Shown here: in pieces, positions 52,066-64,000 of the stretch
Layout of the letters: each line of letters opens with the position of its first letter
How positions within the stretch are numbered: the stretch's first letter is position 1
Notes under the pieces: model-generated
Databases searched by the model: none
What the model saw: the letters and a program-made list of their open reading frames with translations, nothing else
Told to the model about the DNA's origin: nothing
Origin: Octopus vulgaris
Lineage: Eukaryota
Length of the DNA stretch: 64,000 bases
Direction: 5' to 3'
Assembly: GCA_951406725.2 (NCBI GenBank)
Contig: OX597815.1
Span: 136,586,001-136,650,000 of the forward strand
Position numbers and translations under genes: made by a program

Positions 52066-52639
52066 GCAAAGACAGAGAGATAGAAAGTAAGAAAGTGAAA
52101 GAAAAAATCGACATGAGTACCTAATTACTCTGCGGTTCAACGAAGTTAATGGTGATCAAGTAAATGTAATTAATTCGAAACAACGATTTGTCTAGAGTTC
52201 CCTTATACTTCCCGAAAGAAATGTTGGTGCTTTCTCATTTTATAATAATTAGAACTTTTCTTGTTTTTATTGGTAAAAAAAACCTACTGAGATGTATTTC
52301 CTCATCTGACTGTAATAAAAGAAAGGTTCCTAATGGAGCGTGGAAAGCTGTTGAACAAACGAAATATATGTGACGTGTTCAAAAAAGTTTAGCCGATAAT
52401 ACGATTGCAGAGAGAGTATAATCTCTTTGAGCTACGCGAATTCCTTTTGTTCAAAAAGTTGAAAATATGTTTTCCATTCATGTACTGAAAGAAACAATAA
52501 ATACTAATTTCGAATTTCCGTGCATATTACCATGAATTTCAAGAAATGAATTTAGCTTGAATTGAAGATATTTACATGTAGTGTAGTTGTACGAAAAGCA
52601 TGCAAAATTGTTTTTCGTCAACTGATGCAGGTCATTCAT

Positions 52640-53640
52640 TTTGCATATTTTGGTAGTGCATCACTTCTATAAGAATGTACAACTCAGCATAAAACTCCAA
52701 TACGAGCGTTGCATTTGCACCATTGCTGAACCCAGCTCGAGAGCACTCTTTGAAAAGTGCACTGTTGTAGCCATCTCTCTACACCCACTTTCACTATGTC
52801 TATACCATAAAAGCGTTATCCTCGAAGGGTGGCTTTCATTGAACCGAACAGGTGAAAGTCACTAGATAGGGGACAACTGGCCCATTCACTTTCCTGATTT
52901 CATTATTTATATCCTAAGATGTGTTTGGTGTCGTAATGCCATTGTGGCCATAATGAGTGTGAATCGTTTTCAGATTCTTGCCTTCTCTAAAACCTTTGAA
53001 ATTCTCAATATATTGCTCGCTGTTCCAGATACAGCATCCTTCGGGAAAATCAAGAAGAATAACATCCTTTCTAACCCTCAAAAACAATCACCTTGACTTT
53101 CTGTACTGATCACTAGCTCTTGAAATTCTTAGGCCATGGAGAACTCGTATGTTTCCACTACTTTCACTGCGCATTCTTTCCGGATCATAAACATACATTT
53201 ACATTTTATTTGCTGTCACCAGATCGAAAAACATACCTCTATTGGTTTCAAACGGTTTCAGCATATCAAAGCAGATTTCCACTGTCACTTCTTTAAATCC
53301 AATTTTCAAAACGTTTCCCACCATTTTCTGTGATCAGAGTGATCACAGTCTAGTCTTGTATCAAGCTCACATATTTTAACTCATCTGATTATGAAATTCA
53401 AATCGTCCACCGATGGTAATTCATGACGCTGGGTGCATTTCTTGGCATTCCATTGTACGGGTTGTCTTCGACGCAAGTATACTTTTCATTAAACTTCTGC
53501 ATTCCTCTATCCATAGTACATCTTATCAATGATGCTATCAGTTTAAATAATGCAATACCCTTCTGTAGACGTTGAAGAGACTGCACCGTTTTTTTGATGA
53601 GGCCTTGGTTGTTTAGCTTGGAATCCATTCGTTATCTGTA
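52640..53640 (-). mobile_element. Decayed mariner
   Basis: Minus-strand LSSDFHLFGS (cf. APSDFHLFG.LK) and FNEKYTCVEDNPYNGMP (cf. F..G...VED..RSGRP). Confidence 0.7.
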
Positions 53641-54469
53641 AGAAAAAAAGAATTCAAGAAGGAAGTTAATATAGTTATCCCACCAACCGGAACAGTTTGA
53701 ACAAACTATGCCAATTAATAAATTAGTCATGTTCATATTTGCATGACTATCGGTACCACACTTCTATATGTGCATATGTATATATCTATAGCTGTCATCT
53801 ATATGTGCCTATGTATGTATATATGTGTGTAAATATGCATACATTTATGTTTATAAACAGATTTGTATGTTCTAGCTGCTCTCGTTGATTAGCCATTGCC
53901 AGATCGGAACAAGTAGAATCGTGACTAAGACGTAACTTCCATAACATTCTATTTTGTGTATAACTAGGAATATAATGGCGAATGCGTCTCTCGCTTTCCA
54001 AGTGAGAAGGGTGGCATCTAAGGAAATTATGATTGTTATTTTTGCAAGGTTGCTCATCCACATAAAGGATGTTTCTGATCTGCTTCCTACAACAAATATC
54101 ATAGGAATTCAATCATGGAAACTGTCTTTTACACATCGCATTACACAGAACTGCAGATGATTTATATTCCTTTAAGAAACGCATGTCTCGCTCCACTTTT
54201 CCATTTATACACGCATTACACCAATACAGGCTAATGAGTTAAGATTTCACATATATAACTGCCGTTATAATTGAACGCAATCTTCTCTTTCGTTTCTAAT
54301 CTCACACACTCTCACACACATGGCACATCATCTACCGCACCAAATATACACATCATTGACAACGTGCAGCAAAAAGGTTGCAAATCTGTATACAAAGTCC
54401 ATAAAAATATTATCCAATAGAGATATGGCAGGAATGGCAACATTTACATGTATAAGGAAATATTCGTTG

Positions 54470-54552
<83 letters not shown>

Positions 54553-56729
54553 TAGATACATACATACATACATACATAAATAGATAGATAGTTAGATAGA
54601 TATGTATGCATATATGGATGTATGCATGTGTATATACAGATATACATATTCGTGCATACACTCAAATAAAGAGATACATTTATGATCAAGGAATACTGCT
54701 CATCAAAGATATAAAGACAACTCTAGAAAAACACACAGCAGAAACATTTCCAGGCTCTCCATAAGTCACGCCTATTCAAGCGTCAGCTGTAATGATCAAC
54801 ACAAACTTACTTTGTTCGCGAATTGTCAATTCTCTTATTAAGACCTAATAATATATCAGTATAAAAATTTTTTTTTCAAGAGCTTTTCCATATTTGTAGG
54901 GGAACAAATTCCCTAAGCATTGTATATATACAAATTAAGAAAATAGAAAACATTCTACGGGTTTGCAAACCTTTCCTCATCAACTTGTTCTGGGCTCTTC
55001 CCAAACGAAGTGCTACTGATTTTCTGTTTACTAATAGTGGTAGTTCTGAAACTCTGCATTACCTTAATTACCAACTGCTCGTATATTATCTGTTGCATTT
55101 TATTAATTTTTGTGTTATATTCAGCTATATATATTTTGTTATATGTTTTGTTATTTTTCCTTCTTAATTTTTTGGTGTTTGCAATGGTTTTCGTGAAAAT
55201 CTCTCGGCACAGTGAGAGTATTTTTCTCTATAATGCCCCTAAAATTAAACTTATTCCCCAACGTGAATATTTCTGTTTGTTGTTTCTTTTTTTGTTTTTT
55301 AACTCGATTTATAAGAAAGTATTTCTTCCATCACAACACGCAAGACACCAAAATACATATCTGGACACCTTCCAAACCAAATTTATAATCACCCCACTAC
55401 GCAAAATACATGTTCCGCCAGCTCATGCTCTATGCTGCAATGTACATTTTGTGCGTACATTCGCAGTCTTCAAAATTTCAAAATCACACGTCAGAATTTG
55501 CATCCATGGCGAACCAGCTGCAAATATAACCGAAGTAAAGCTTTTCAATGCAGATATAATACAAGATGATATCAACATTTAATGAGTCCCAGAATATTGC
55601 TTTCCATGGAAATTTTATCCTTTACAATTTCGTATCATATATACATGGGTAAATATCCTTCTTATTGAATGATAAATATCCTCAGGTTGAAATATTTAGT
55701 ATAAAGACTATATGTGGGTTAGTGTTGGGTGTGAGTGTGTGCCTATGTGCATGTATGTGTATATGTGGCTGAGCATGTGTACGAGTACTCATAATTGTAC
55801 ATTAAGATATGCATTTCCTATTTTATGTTTTGGCAAGTCTATAGTCCTATTAGGTAACGAATACACAAAAGAATATAACCAAATAGTTTTACAAGTGGGA
55901 ATTTTGACTGGTGACTGTTAGTGCTGCCGCCTAAGGTTGCTTTCGGAGTAAGAGATGGAGAGAAAGAGAGTTTGTCAAGAAATAGAAGGGAGGGAGAATT
56001 TTCCTTTAAAGAGAGAGAATCGCTCAGGGCTCATAATCTATCTTTCGTTTGCTTTATTATGCGGTGTATTTTTTTTTTCTTATCGGTGAGAGAACATATG
56101 AATATTTAAAATATTCATTATTTGAAATACCCCACGGTATATGCTGAAGGTTGTTTTTATTTTCTGAAATAATTTCAGCTGCGTGATTGTTAATTACACA
56201 AAGGCACTTGGTAGTACACAATGGAATAACGAGTCAAATAAATAACAGAAGTATTCTGATATATTATTGAAAAGATAATGAAAATTTCACTAAATGAAAG
56301 TAATAAACATTTCATAAGAATGAAGAAATATGTATTAAACACTGAACTCCAGCGTATTTTTATGTACGTATATAATTCATGTGTATACAGTCATATACTC
56401 GTCCGGAAACCGCAACAGAAACAACACATATGAAAATACAGATACACATGCAGACAGATTCACCTACACATACACACACGCAACCGTATATTATTGCATA
56501 TTGCTATACAATTTTTGAGACATTTCCTTACTATACCTTCATACATGAGGCTACTAATTATAGTGTACAATACAATGAATGAAGACATGGAGATTTACAC
56601 ACAGACAAACACATATATAAATTTTCATACTATATTTAGACTATAAACAGTGTATGTTATTGAAAAATAGGAAAGAACTCTATAATCAACATTATACTGT
56701 TTATTTAATCTGAGCGAATTCACCCGACC

Positions 56730-56810
56730 ATGTGGTAAGAGGCTTGCTTCCCTATCATATGGCTCCAGGTCCGGTCCAACTGCGTAACACTTGGGTAAGT
56801 GTCTTCTACT
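56730..56810 (+). mobile_element. 5' half of a CORE-type SINE
   Basis: TGTGGTAAGAGGCTTGCTTCCC...CACTTGGGTAAGTGTCTTCTACT, as in the 27935 copy. Confidence 0.8.
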
Positions 56811-57330
56811 GAAAAGGGCATGTGTCCAATGTCAGAAAATAAACTAAAGAAGCAAGCGAGAGTGGTTAGGAGGAAGGGTTACTTAACTGGAGTAGAAATA
56901 TCTCGGGTTAGTGAGAGTCTAAGAGACCTTGCGCATGGTCTACAAAGGATGGTTGGAATTGAAAACTGAGAGGTAAGAGTTGAAAGTAGAGATAACAGTA
57001 GACAGGAGAAACAGGGAAATGGTGTTGGGGTCTCTTAAGGATGAGGAACAGGAACGTTGTACAATGAACCCTGATACTATGGTGGGTGGACATGCTGAAT
57101 AAATGAACCAACTAGATAATGAATTGCCTGAAATTCCAAGACGACTCATCGTCTTGATGAATGCTCCAGACGAAAACATCCCCATGAATATGAGAAGGGT
57201 AGACAGGTGTATAATAAATAAAGTAACACAAAAGATAAATAGAGTCATATCATATATCCAGGTCATAGCACAAACAAGGAATCTTCTCCGAGCTATTGCA
57301 CTAATTGCTGAGGAGAATTTACAACTTAAG
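56811..57330 (+). mobile_element. R4/Dong-like LINE N-terminal ORF fragment
   Basis: EKGMCPMSENKLKKQARVVRRKGYLTGVEI...NMRRVDR...VTQKINRVISYI...TRNLLRAIA resembles R4-clade pre-RT regions as I recall them. Confidence 0.55.
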
Positions 57331-57360
57331 AAAAAAAATATATCGAACATTAGATTCCGT

Positions 57361-57510
57361 AGGAAACTATTAAATCGGACTGGATATTTCCCGGTAAACA
57401 GAATCTGGCATTTGGTGATATCTGGTGCTCGATCAAGCTCGGCAAAAGTCATTAGTGGAGTCCCTCAAAGCACTGTACTGAGCCCATTCCTTTTCCTTAT
57501 ATATATTCAT
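57361..57510 (+). mobile_element. CR1-group RT fragment
   Basis: VISGARSSSAKVISGVPQSTVLSPFLFLIYI matches the SGVPQGSVLGPLLFLIYI motif. Confidence 0.85.
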
Positions 57511-57855
57511 TTATATATTTTTCTCCCTTTGTGCCTGTGTGTAATGAGAGGTGTCTGTATTGGTTTATATATGTCTGTGTTAGATGCGTGTTTTCAGTTG
57601 TTTTTTGTTTATAGATATATGAAACTAAGTTATGTAAGTATATATAATCATTCCTTCCTTGAAAGGATATGTTTTCTTCTTGTTTGCCTAAGGAATAAGA
57701 ATAATCAGATTTGCCTTGGCTTCATACGGAAAGTAAGTTATTGCAGAGTGTTTTATATTGTTATATGTATTTTAATAAAATACATATCTTCTTATGCTTC
57801 AAAGTCATCGTCTTGAAAATTGTCCACACATTTGCCTCAAACACACGCACGCACG

Positions 57856-57886
<31 letters not shown>

Positions 57887-58489
57887 ACGCACACACACAT
57901 ACACACACACACACACACACAAACACCCGGACACACACATACACACAGGTATACACAGGCAAGCACGTACGAAAGCACACATTTCTACACACATTTTTAT
58001 TTGGCTATATTTTATGTATTTATGTCTAAATAATATATATACATATATGTGTGTGTGTGTATGTATGTATACATGCGTCTGTGTGTGCATACATATCTCT
58101 AGATACTCTAACCTGAATAAAACCTATTCAATACAAAAAGTTAAAGTGATATAAGAAATATGCACAGTTAAAACAAAGAAATCTTATATCGATCTTACAT
58201 GAATTTCATCTCACCCAATGTAGAAAAGTTAATAGAACTCCTCTGCAATACTTCTTATACCTGTAATACCTCAATGCTTGTTTTGTGTTTCCAATAGTTG
58301 CGTGATATTTATTGGTGCCTCCTGATTCTCAAAAATTCCCCTTGCTGATTAATCTTCTCTTTTCTGTATTGCATAAATTCTGAAGTTTCATAAAATTTCT
58401 TCATAAAGATAGAGTAGTAATTTACCGTTACTATCTACTGGTTTATGTGCACTTACGTCTGTAATTCTCCTTTCTTGAGTCAAGGCTTG

Positions 58490-58780
58490 AGCCTCAATTA
58501 TGTATAAGGCTGATGTAACAGATTCGAATGGAGCAACAAGGGCATATATTGGAATGACGGGTAATACTTTCAAAGAAAGACATACGCTACATGTTGCTCC
58601 ATTCACAAAAAAAAAACACACATCACTATTCAGTATTGCATGGACATAGAAATAGAGAATCGTGTGCACCAGCCACATAACCTGCGGCAATGTTGCTAAG
58701 ACCAACAAATACTAGTGCTTGGGCAGTAAATGCAGGCTTTGCATGACTAAAATATTGAACATTTTAAATATTTGAGATGA
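58490..58780 (+). mobile_element. PLE GIY-YIG endonuclease relic (absent from the ORF track)
   Basis: SIMYKADVTDSNGATRAYIGMTGNTFKERHTLH...TSLFSIAW...KCRLCMTKILNIL. Confidence 0.8.
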
Positions 58781-59079
58781 AATATTCTTCATCTGAATGC
58801 TTAGGCAACATTGTCTATTCAAGCAGACCCCACTTACGTTGCGATCCCTCAATACTGGATATGTTTTTTCTCTCTAAACATGAATAATATGCATTATTAG
58901 AAGTTTATGCATAAAAGACAAATGCCCCCATAAATTTACGCTGAGTACCCCATTACACAAATATATGGGCACCACACATATCCATGACATTATGACTTAT
59001 GAACACTTTACATATATTATAATGAATATTTGTTTACTTTTCTCCAAAATCACGCGCGAACTCACAATTCTTAAGAGCA

Positions 59080-59246
59080 ATTGCTGAGCGCTATTTCATC
59101 CGGTTTTCCATTATGAGTTTACATTCTGCCGAGATCGACCATGCTTTCGTTCTTTCAGAGTTTATAAGCGAAGTTGAGAACTGGACTCGATGTCAGATAC
59201 TTACTACCTCCCTCTAAAACTGGTGGTCTCGTGTCAAAATTGAAAC
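59080..59246 (+). mobile_element. Decayed tRNA-derived SINE (8775 family)
   Basis: GAGTTTACATTCTGCCGAGATCGACCATGCTTTC...GGTCTCGTGTCAAAATTGAAAC. Confidence 0.65.
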
Positions 59247-60244
59247 GCGTTACTATTTACAAATCATAGACTGGGCTCATCTCTTTCTCTCTCACTGATC
59301 CTCGTTGTGTCTAATTCACCTTCTACCTCTACCTCTCTCCACCCCTCATTCTTTCTCTTCATTTTTCCATTTGTCGCACCGATCTCAATAAAATTGTCCG
59401 CGATTTTAAGAAGGCGCTAATTTTTTTTTCTTTCTTTTTATGAATATGCACTTGAGATATTTTGATGACGCACTTCAAATGAGGTTATAATTATAAATAT
59501 GCCTTAACTCATGGAAACATGTTTAACATAGCAATTATAAAATATAATATTTATAAAAAACATAAAATATCAAATTGATTTATTTCTCTGCTGTCGTAGA
59601 AATGCAAACGCCATGCACTTAAAATATATTATTAACTATCAAGAGCAAAAGAAGCAGGATCGCAAAATATATTTAATTCTTGTTCTGCATAATTATCAAA
59701 GAAAGCACATAACGCGCATAAATCGAGACTGAATTAATGGAGGAACACGCAAATTATTATCAACAATTAATAATAATTAAAGAATTATAATTTAATTAAA
59801 CTTCGTGAAATAATATTTAAAGGGATTTCTCGATCATGATTGAGTTCAAAATGCGGTAAAAAATCACAGGAATAAGCAAAGATTATATTCTTCAATGGCA
59901 GAAAACAAACAAAAAAAAGATAGAATGTTGAAGCGTTTTACTTGTTCACAATATAACACTGGAATGACATTCGTTCAACTTTTAGCTTATGTGTGTACGC
60001 GTGCGCGTGTGTGTGTTTGTGTATATGTACGTGTGTGTGTGTGTGTGCGTTTGTGTGTAGTTAGAAAGAGCCTTGTTGCTTGTGGAGCAAGAAAGAAGAG
60101 TTAAGTTGGAAGTCAGGGAGAGATGACAAGTCAGAAGGTATTACGTATCAGGGTCGAAAAACCTGATGATGACTGGATACCATCTGATGACATCAACTCC
60201 TCCTGGTCAAAGTTTAATTCACCTCGGTGAATGGAAAAGAAACC

Positions 60245-60456
60245 AAAGATATACATTATACAGTTCGATTGTCTGTTCTTTTGTATTGTTTATTTCGAGG
60301 TTAGGACACCCTCTTCAGGAAATCTTGGGAGAAATGGTGTTGTAAGCTGACTTCTCGATTCTGTAATATGTCTATAGATTTCCTGAAGGTGTTCTAACAC
60401 CGAAATATTGAAAGACAGGGTAAAAGTCGAAATCAACAAGTGTAATTTTATCTTTC
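60245..60456. repeat. Inverted repeat with two canonical-core HHR relics
   Basis: TATTTCGAGGTTAGGACACCCTCTTCAGGAAATCT vs AGATTTCCTGAAGGTGTTCTAACACCGAAATA; merged reading TTTC-CTGAAGA-GGGTGT..ACACC-GAAA-TAT-T-GAAA. Confidence 0.6.
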
Positions 60457-60529
60457 AAGTTGAATTGTTTTGTTTGAAAATTTAAAACATTTACATGTGT
60501 GCGCGCGCGCGTGTGTGGATATAAAGATA

Positions 60530-61776
60530 CATGGGTTGGACAAAATAATGGATAGACCTAGCATCATAGCATCATAATTTTAAAATATCAATAAAACTGT
60601 CAAATACTTATTTGTTTTTTTAAAATTTATTATTAGTGTTGCTTAATAAGTTTTGCTAAAATGGCTCTCTCTTTTCAGACATCATCAGAAAAAGGTAATT
60701 AAAATTCATTAGAATGACAAATCTATCGGACTTTCGAAGAGGTCAAATTGTTGGTGCTCGTATTGCAGGCGCTAGCATAACGAAAACAGCCGAAATGTTT
60801 GATATATCAAGAAGTAGTGTTTCGAAAGTAATGACAGCCTTAGTGAGAGGGAGAAACCTCTTCGTCGAAACAAAACTCCAGAAGAAAACAAAAATTTTCA
60901 GATAGGGACCTTCGGATTCTTACACGAATTGTTAAAAAGTATCCCAAAAGTACAGCTCCTAAAATTACTACAGAGCTTAATGACCACCCAGTTTCCACAA
61001 AAACTGCTCAGCAGAAGCTACACAAAGCCGGATTTTATGGGAGGGCTGCAATCAGAAAACAACTACTTTCAAAAACAAACGTTGCAAAGCGTTTAGAGTG
61101 GAGTAAAATCCCACAGAATTGGTCTCTAGAGCAGTGGAAGAATGCTATTTTCTCGGTCGAGTGATCCTTTACCTTATTTCCGACCACCGGCCGAGTAAAT
61201 GTGTGAGGACAGCCAAAAGAAGCATTTGATCTAGACTGCCTTCTTCCAACTGTTAAACATGGAGGAGGATCTGTGATGATCGGGAGGGGGGGTATATCTT
61301 GGACGTCCGCCAGCCCAATGGTTTCTCTTCATGGCAGAATTAATAGTCCAGACTATTTAAGCATTTTATTTGATCAAATTTATCCTGTGGCTGCGGAACT
61401 GTTTCCGGAGGGAAACGCAATCTTTCAGGATGATAATGCACCAATTCACACAGCTAAAGTTGTTACCAAATGGCACGAGGAACATTCTAGTGAAGCTGAA
61501 CATCCTTTCTGGCCACCACAGTCCTCAAATCTCTATATTATTGAACATTTATGGTGCATTTTAGAAAAACAAGTAAGGAGTCGATATTACCCACTATCAT
61601 CACTACAGGTACTGGAGATTGTTTAATCTGAAGAATGGATAAAAATTCTTTTGGAAACAATTCAAACTTTGTGCGATTCCGTACCTCGTAGAATCCAAGC
61701 TGTAATTACTGCCAAAGGCGGTCCTACCTCACATTAAAATAAAGTTGTTTGAAAATTTAAGGTATTTCCATTATTA
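60530..61776 (+). mobile_element. Tc1-like (DD34E) transposon, decayed, near full length
   Basis: MTNLSDFRRGQIVGAR (HTH), WKNAIFS.E, IFQDDNAPIH, WPPQSSNLYIIEHLW; TIR parts AATAATGGATAGACCT / AGGTATTTCCATTATT, left end TA-CATGGG. Confidence 0.93.
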
Positions 61777-63022
61777 GATTGACATATAAATAGAAATAGA
61801 AAGATACATACATCATATACAAATTTCGCATCACCAATTGTGAACATTAATATAAAAGAGGGAACTGCATAATTATTTGCCATGTATTGTCACAATTTCC
61901 GAATTTATGAAGTAATATTTATCCCATCGTTGCAGTTATTAGCGACATGATTTACATGACATAGCAATGAAAATTGAAATCTGCTTTCTGCAGCAATTTC
62001 ATTGCTCTGAACTTTCAATTTCTCTTTCTACCACTTCTTATTACAGGATACACAGATAGATGTAAGCCTTTATTTGGCTTCTTTATGCAATTACTTGTTA
62101 ACTGCAGGTAGGCTGTCTGCTTAAGAAAGAATTGTAAGCAAGTTCAGTTAATTGATAGAAAGCCAGTACTAAGCAGTAATGTCTAGCTTGCATATGGAGC
62201 TAAAATAAGAAATTTCATTTGTAGATCTTGAGCAGAATAAGTATCTTAGATATTTATTATATTGTTATAGTGATAACCTATTCCTTTGCACGAATTCCAT
62301 TTTATTCTTTCGCAGAAAGTTTAATTGCAAAAATTCCTAATGAAAATAAAAATTGAGCAGAAGGTTATCTCTTGTTTATCATATTACACCCACCACAAGA
62401 AATTTTCTTTCAGTGTAAACGATTATATGACACAGTAGAAATCAGCAAAGAGTTTCGTGCAATACTAATCAATATATTTGGAGGACAACTCTTTGTTCAT
62501 GATATAAAGGCTCGAACTGTGAGCCGAAAAGCCTATGCTTAGTAATCCGTCATTGAGTATCTTCATTATTGAAAATCGAAGTAAAGAGTCAACGCGCAGT
62601 TAAATCACGCAGCAGCAAACAACGTAAACGACATGTGAGTTGCTTTTTCTAACCGACCTGCGCTCTTTTCAAGTAATTCGAGGTATTTACAAAATAAGGG
62701 GAAGACATTGAATGATATGATATTAAAAATATTTTGATATAGTTCGCTCATTTGTTTTCATATTTGCTCCGAACTCATGTGTTTTTCTGGGTTTTCTTTC
62801 AAACCAATGTTACGGTAATTGCTAATCTACGAGATTAGATTTACTGTTATTAACCAAACAAACACATATGCACACATATTTCTTTCATGTCATCCGTAGG
62901 CAATAAATTACACTCGATATTTCAGTCAATACACACACAGATGCAGAGACACACGCTCACATATACAGATACAGAGACCACGCTCACACACATATATATA
63001 CATACATACATACATACATACA

Positions 63023-63053
<31 letters not shown>

Positions 63054-63079
63054 TTGTATATAAAAATATTGAAATGAGG

Positions 63080-63335
63080 GAGCATGGGCTAACGATTAGG
63101 GTGCTGTAGCCACGATCACAAGATCATGGTTTCATTTCCTCGCCCGTGTGGTACAGAGTGTTCTTGAGCAAAGCACTCTATCTCTCATTGCTCGGAGGTC
63201 ACTTCAACGCCAGACACATGGTAAACCATGCACCTTTTTAGGTAACATTGATTTGACAGACGAAGTGAACTAATTAACAGCATAGACATTTGATTATTAT
63301 AAACGAAGTATATGTGACGGCTGTTCAGCAAGAGA
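63080..63335 (+). mobile_element. Decayed CORE-type SINE
   Basis: tRNA-like head, then GTGTTCTTGAGCAAAGCACT. Confidence 0.6.
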
Positions 63336-63793
63336 TTCTCGAACTGCAACAAAATACAAACATATGTCCACGTACATTCGGCAGCCTGAATTAGACGAGA
63401 TAGGTTCCTGTAGCGTTCCTATGAAACTTAAAGTTTTATGGGGCTAAATCAAAATGTTCTAGATAACACGAACACACAAAGACACACACAGGCACATAGA
63501 CACACATACACACACATATACATAATGTATCTCTGTTTGTTTGTATGTATGTATGTATGTATGTATGTATGTATGTATATCGCTTCTGATTTTTTAATAT
63601 TTCACTGAGGAGGGAACTGTTTTCCAACAAAGATACAAGGCTCCATCTTTGGGATGTAGTTAACACACACACATTCACATTTGGAACTTGAGAAAAGTCT
63701 TGCATATTTTTACTGTTCCTCTCGCAGATTGGACTTATAATGTCCGAATCAGCCGGTCAATTTCTCTTTCTTAAAATCCCAATTTATCCAGAT

Positions 63794-63920
63794 TATGTAT
63801 GTATGTATGTATGTATGTATGTATGTATGTATGTATGTATGTATGTATGTATGTATGTATGTATTTATGTATGTATGTATGTATGTATGTATGTATATAT
63901 GTAAGTATGTATGTATGTAT
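63794..63920. repeat. (TATG)n microsatellite
   Basis: Direct reading. Confidence 0.96.
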
Positions 63921-64000
63921 TCTCATGCATATAGTTGCCTATCTAGACATCTTCATGATAAACTTCCGGAAAATTTTACAGATTTTTACAGTTCCAGTGA

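Noticed and set aside
55010-55582. 190-aa hydrophobic ORF resembling a membrane protein
   Set aside because: GTG start, T-rich low-complexity composition and no recognisable family motif; probably chance or antisense to a decayed TE.

Overview
AT-rich eukaryotic non-coding DNA, dense in microsatellites and decayed transposable elements. The SINE families, microsatellite spectrum and TE mix look like a coleoid cephalopod (Octopus-like) genome; this is an inference from remembered repeat families, not a database result. I see no intact host gene, and almost all listed ORFs are microsatellite read-through or TE fragments. Recognisable elements: Penelope-like elements (PLE; RT and GIY-YIG pieces), CR1-group LINE pieces, RLE-type (R4/Dong-like) LINE pieces, five mariner relics, one Tc1, a hAT-Charlie MITE, and two groups of tRNA-derived SINEs (one copy dimeric). 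The most interesting signal is about ten minimal type-I hammerhead-ribozyme (HHR) motifs in PLE termini and fold-back palindromes. Several carry compensatory variants of the C3-G8 core pair: U3-A8 in three unrelated families and G3-C8 in one. A CUGANGA pattern search would miss these. There is also a speculative exon for a Cys/Trp-rich secreted peptide with two in-frame stops. All coordinates were read by eye, and the boundaries of decayed elements are approximate.
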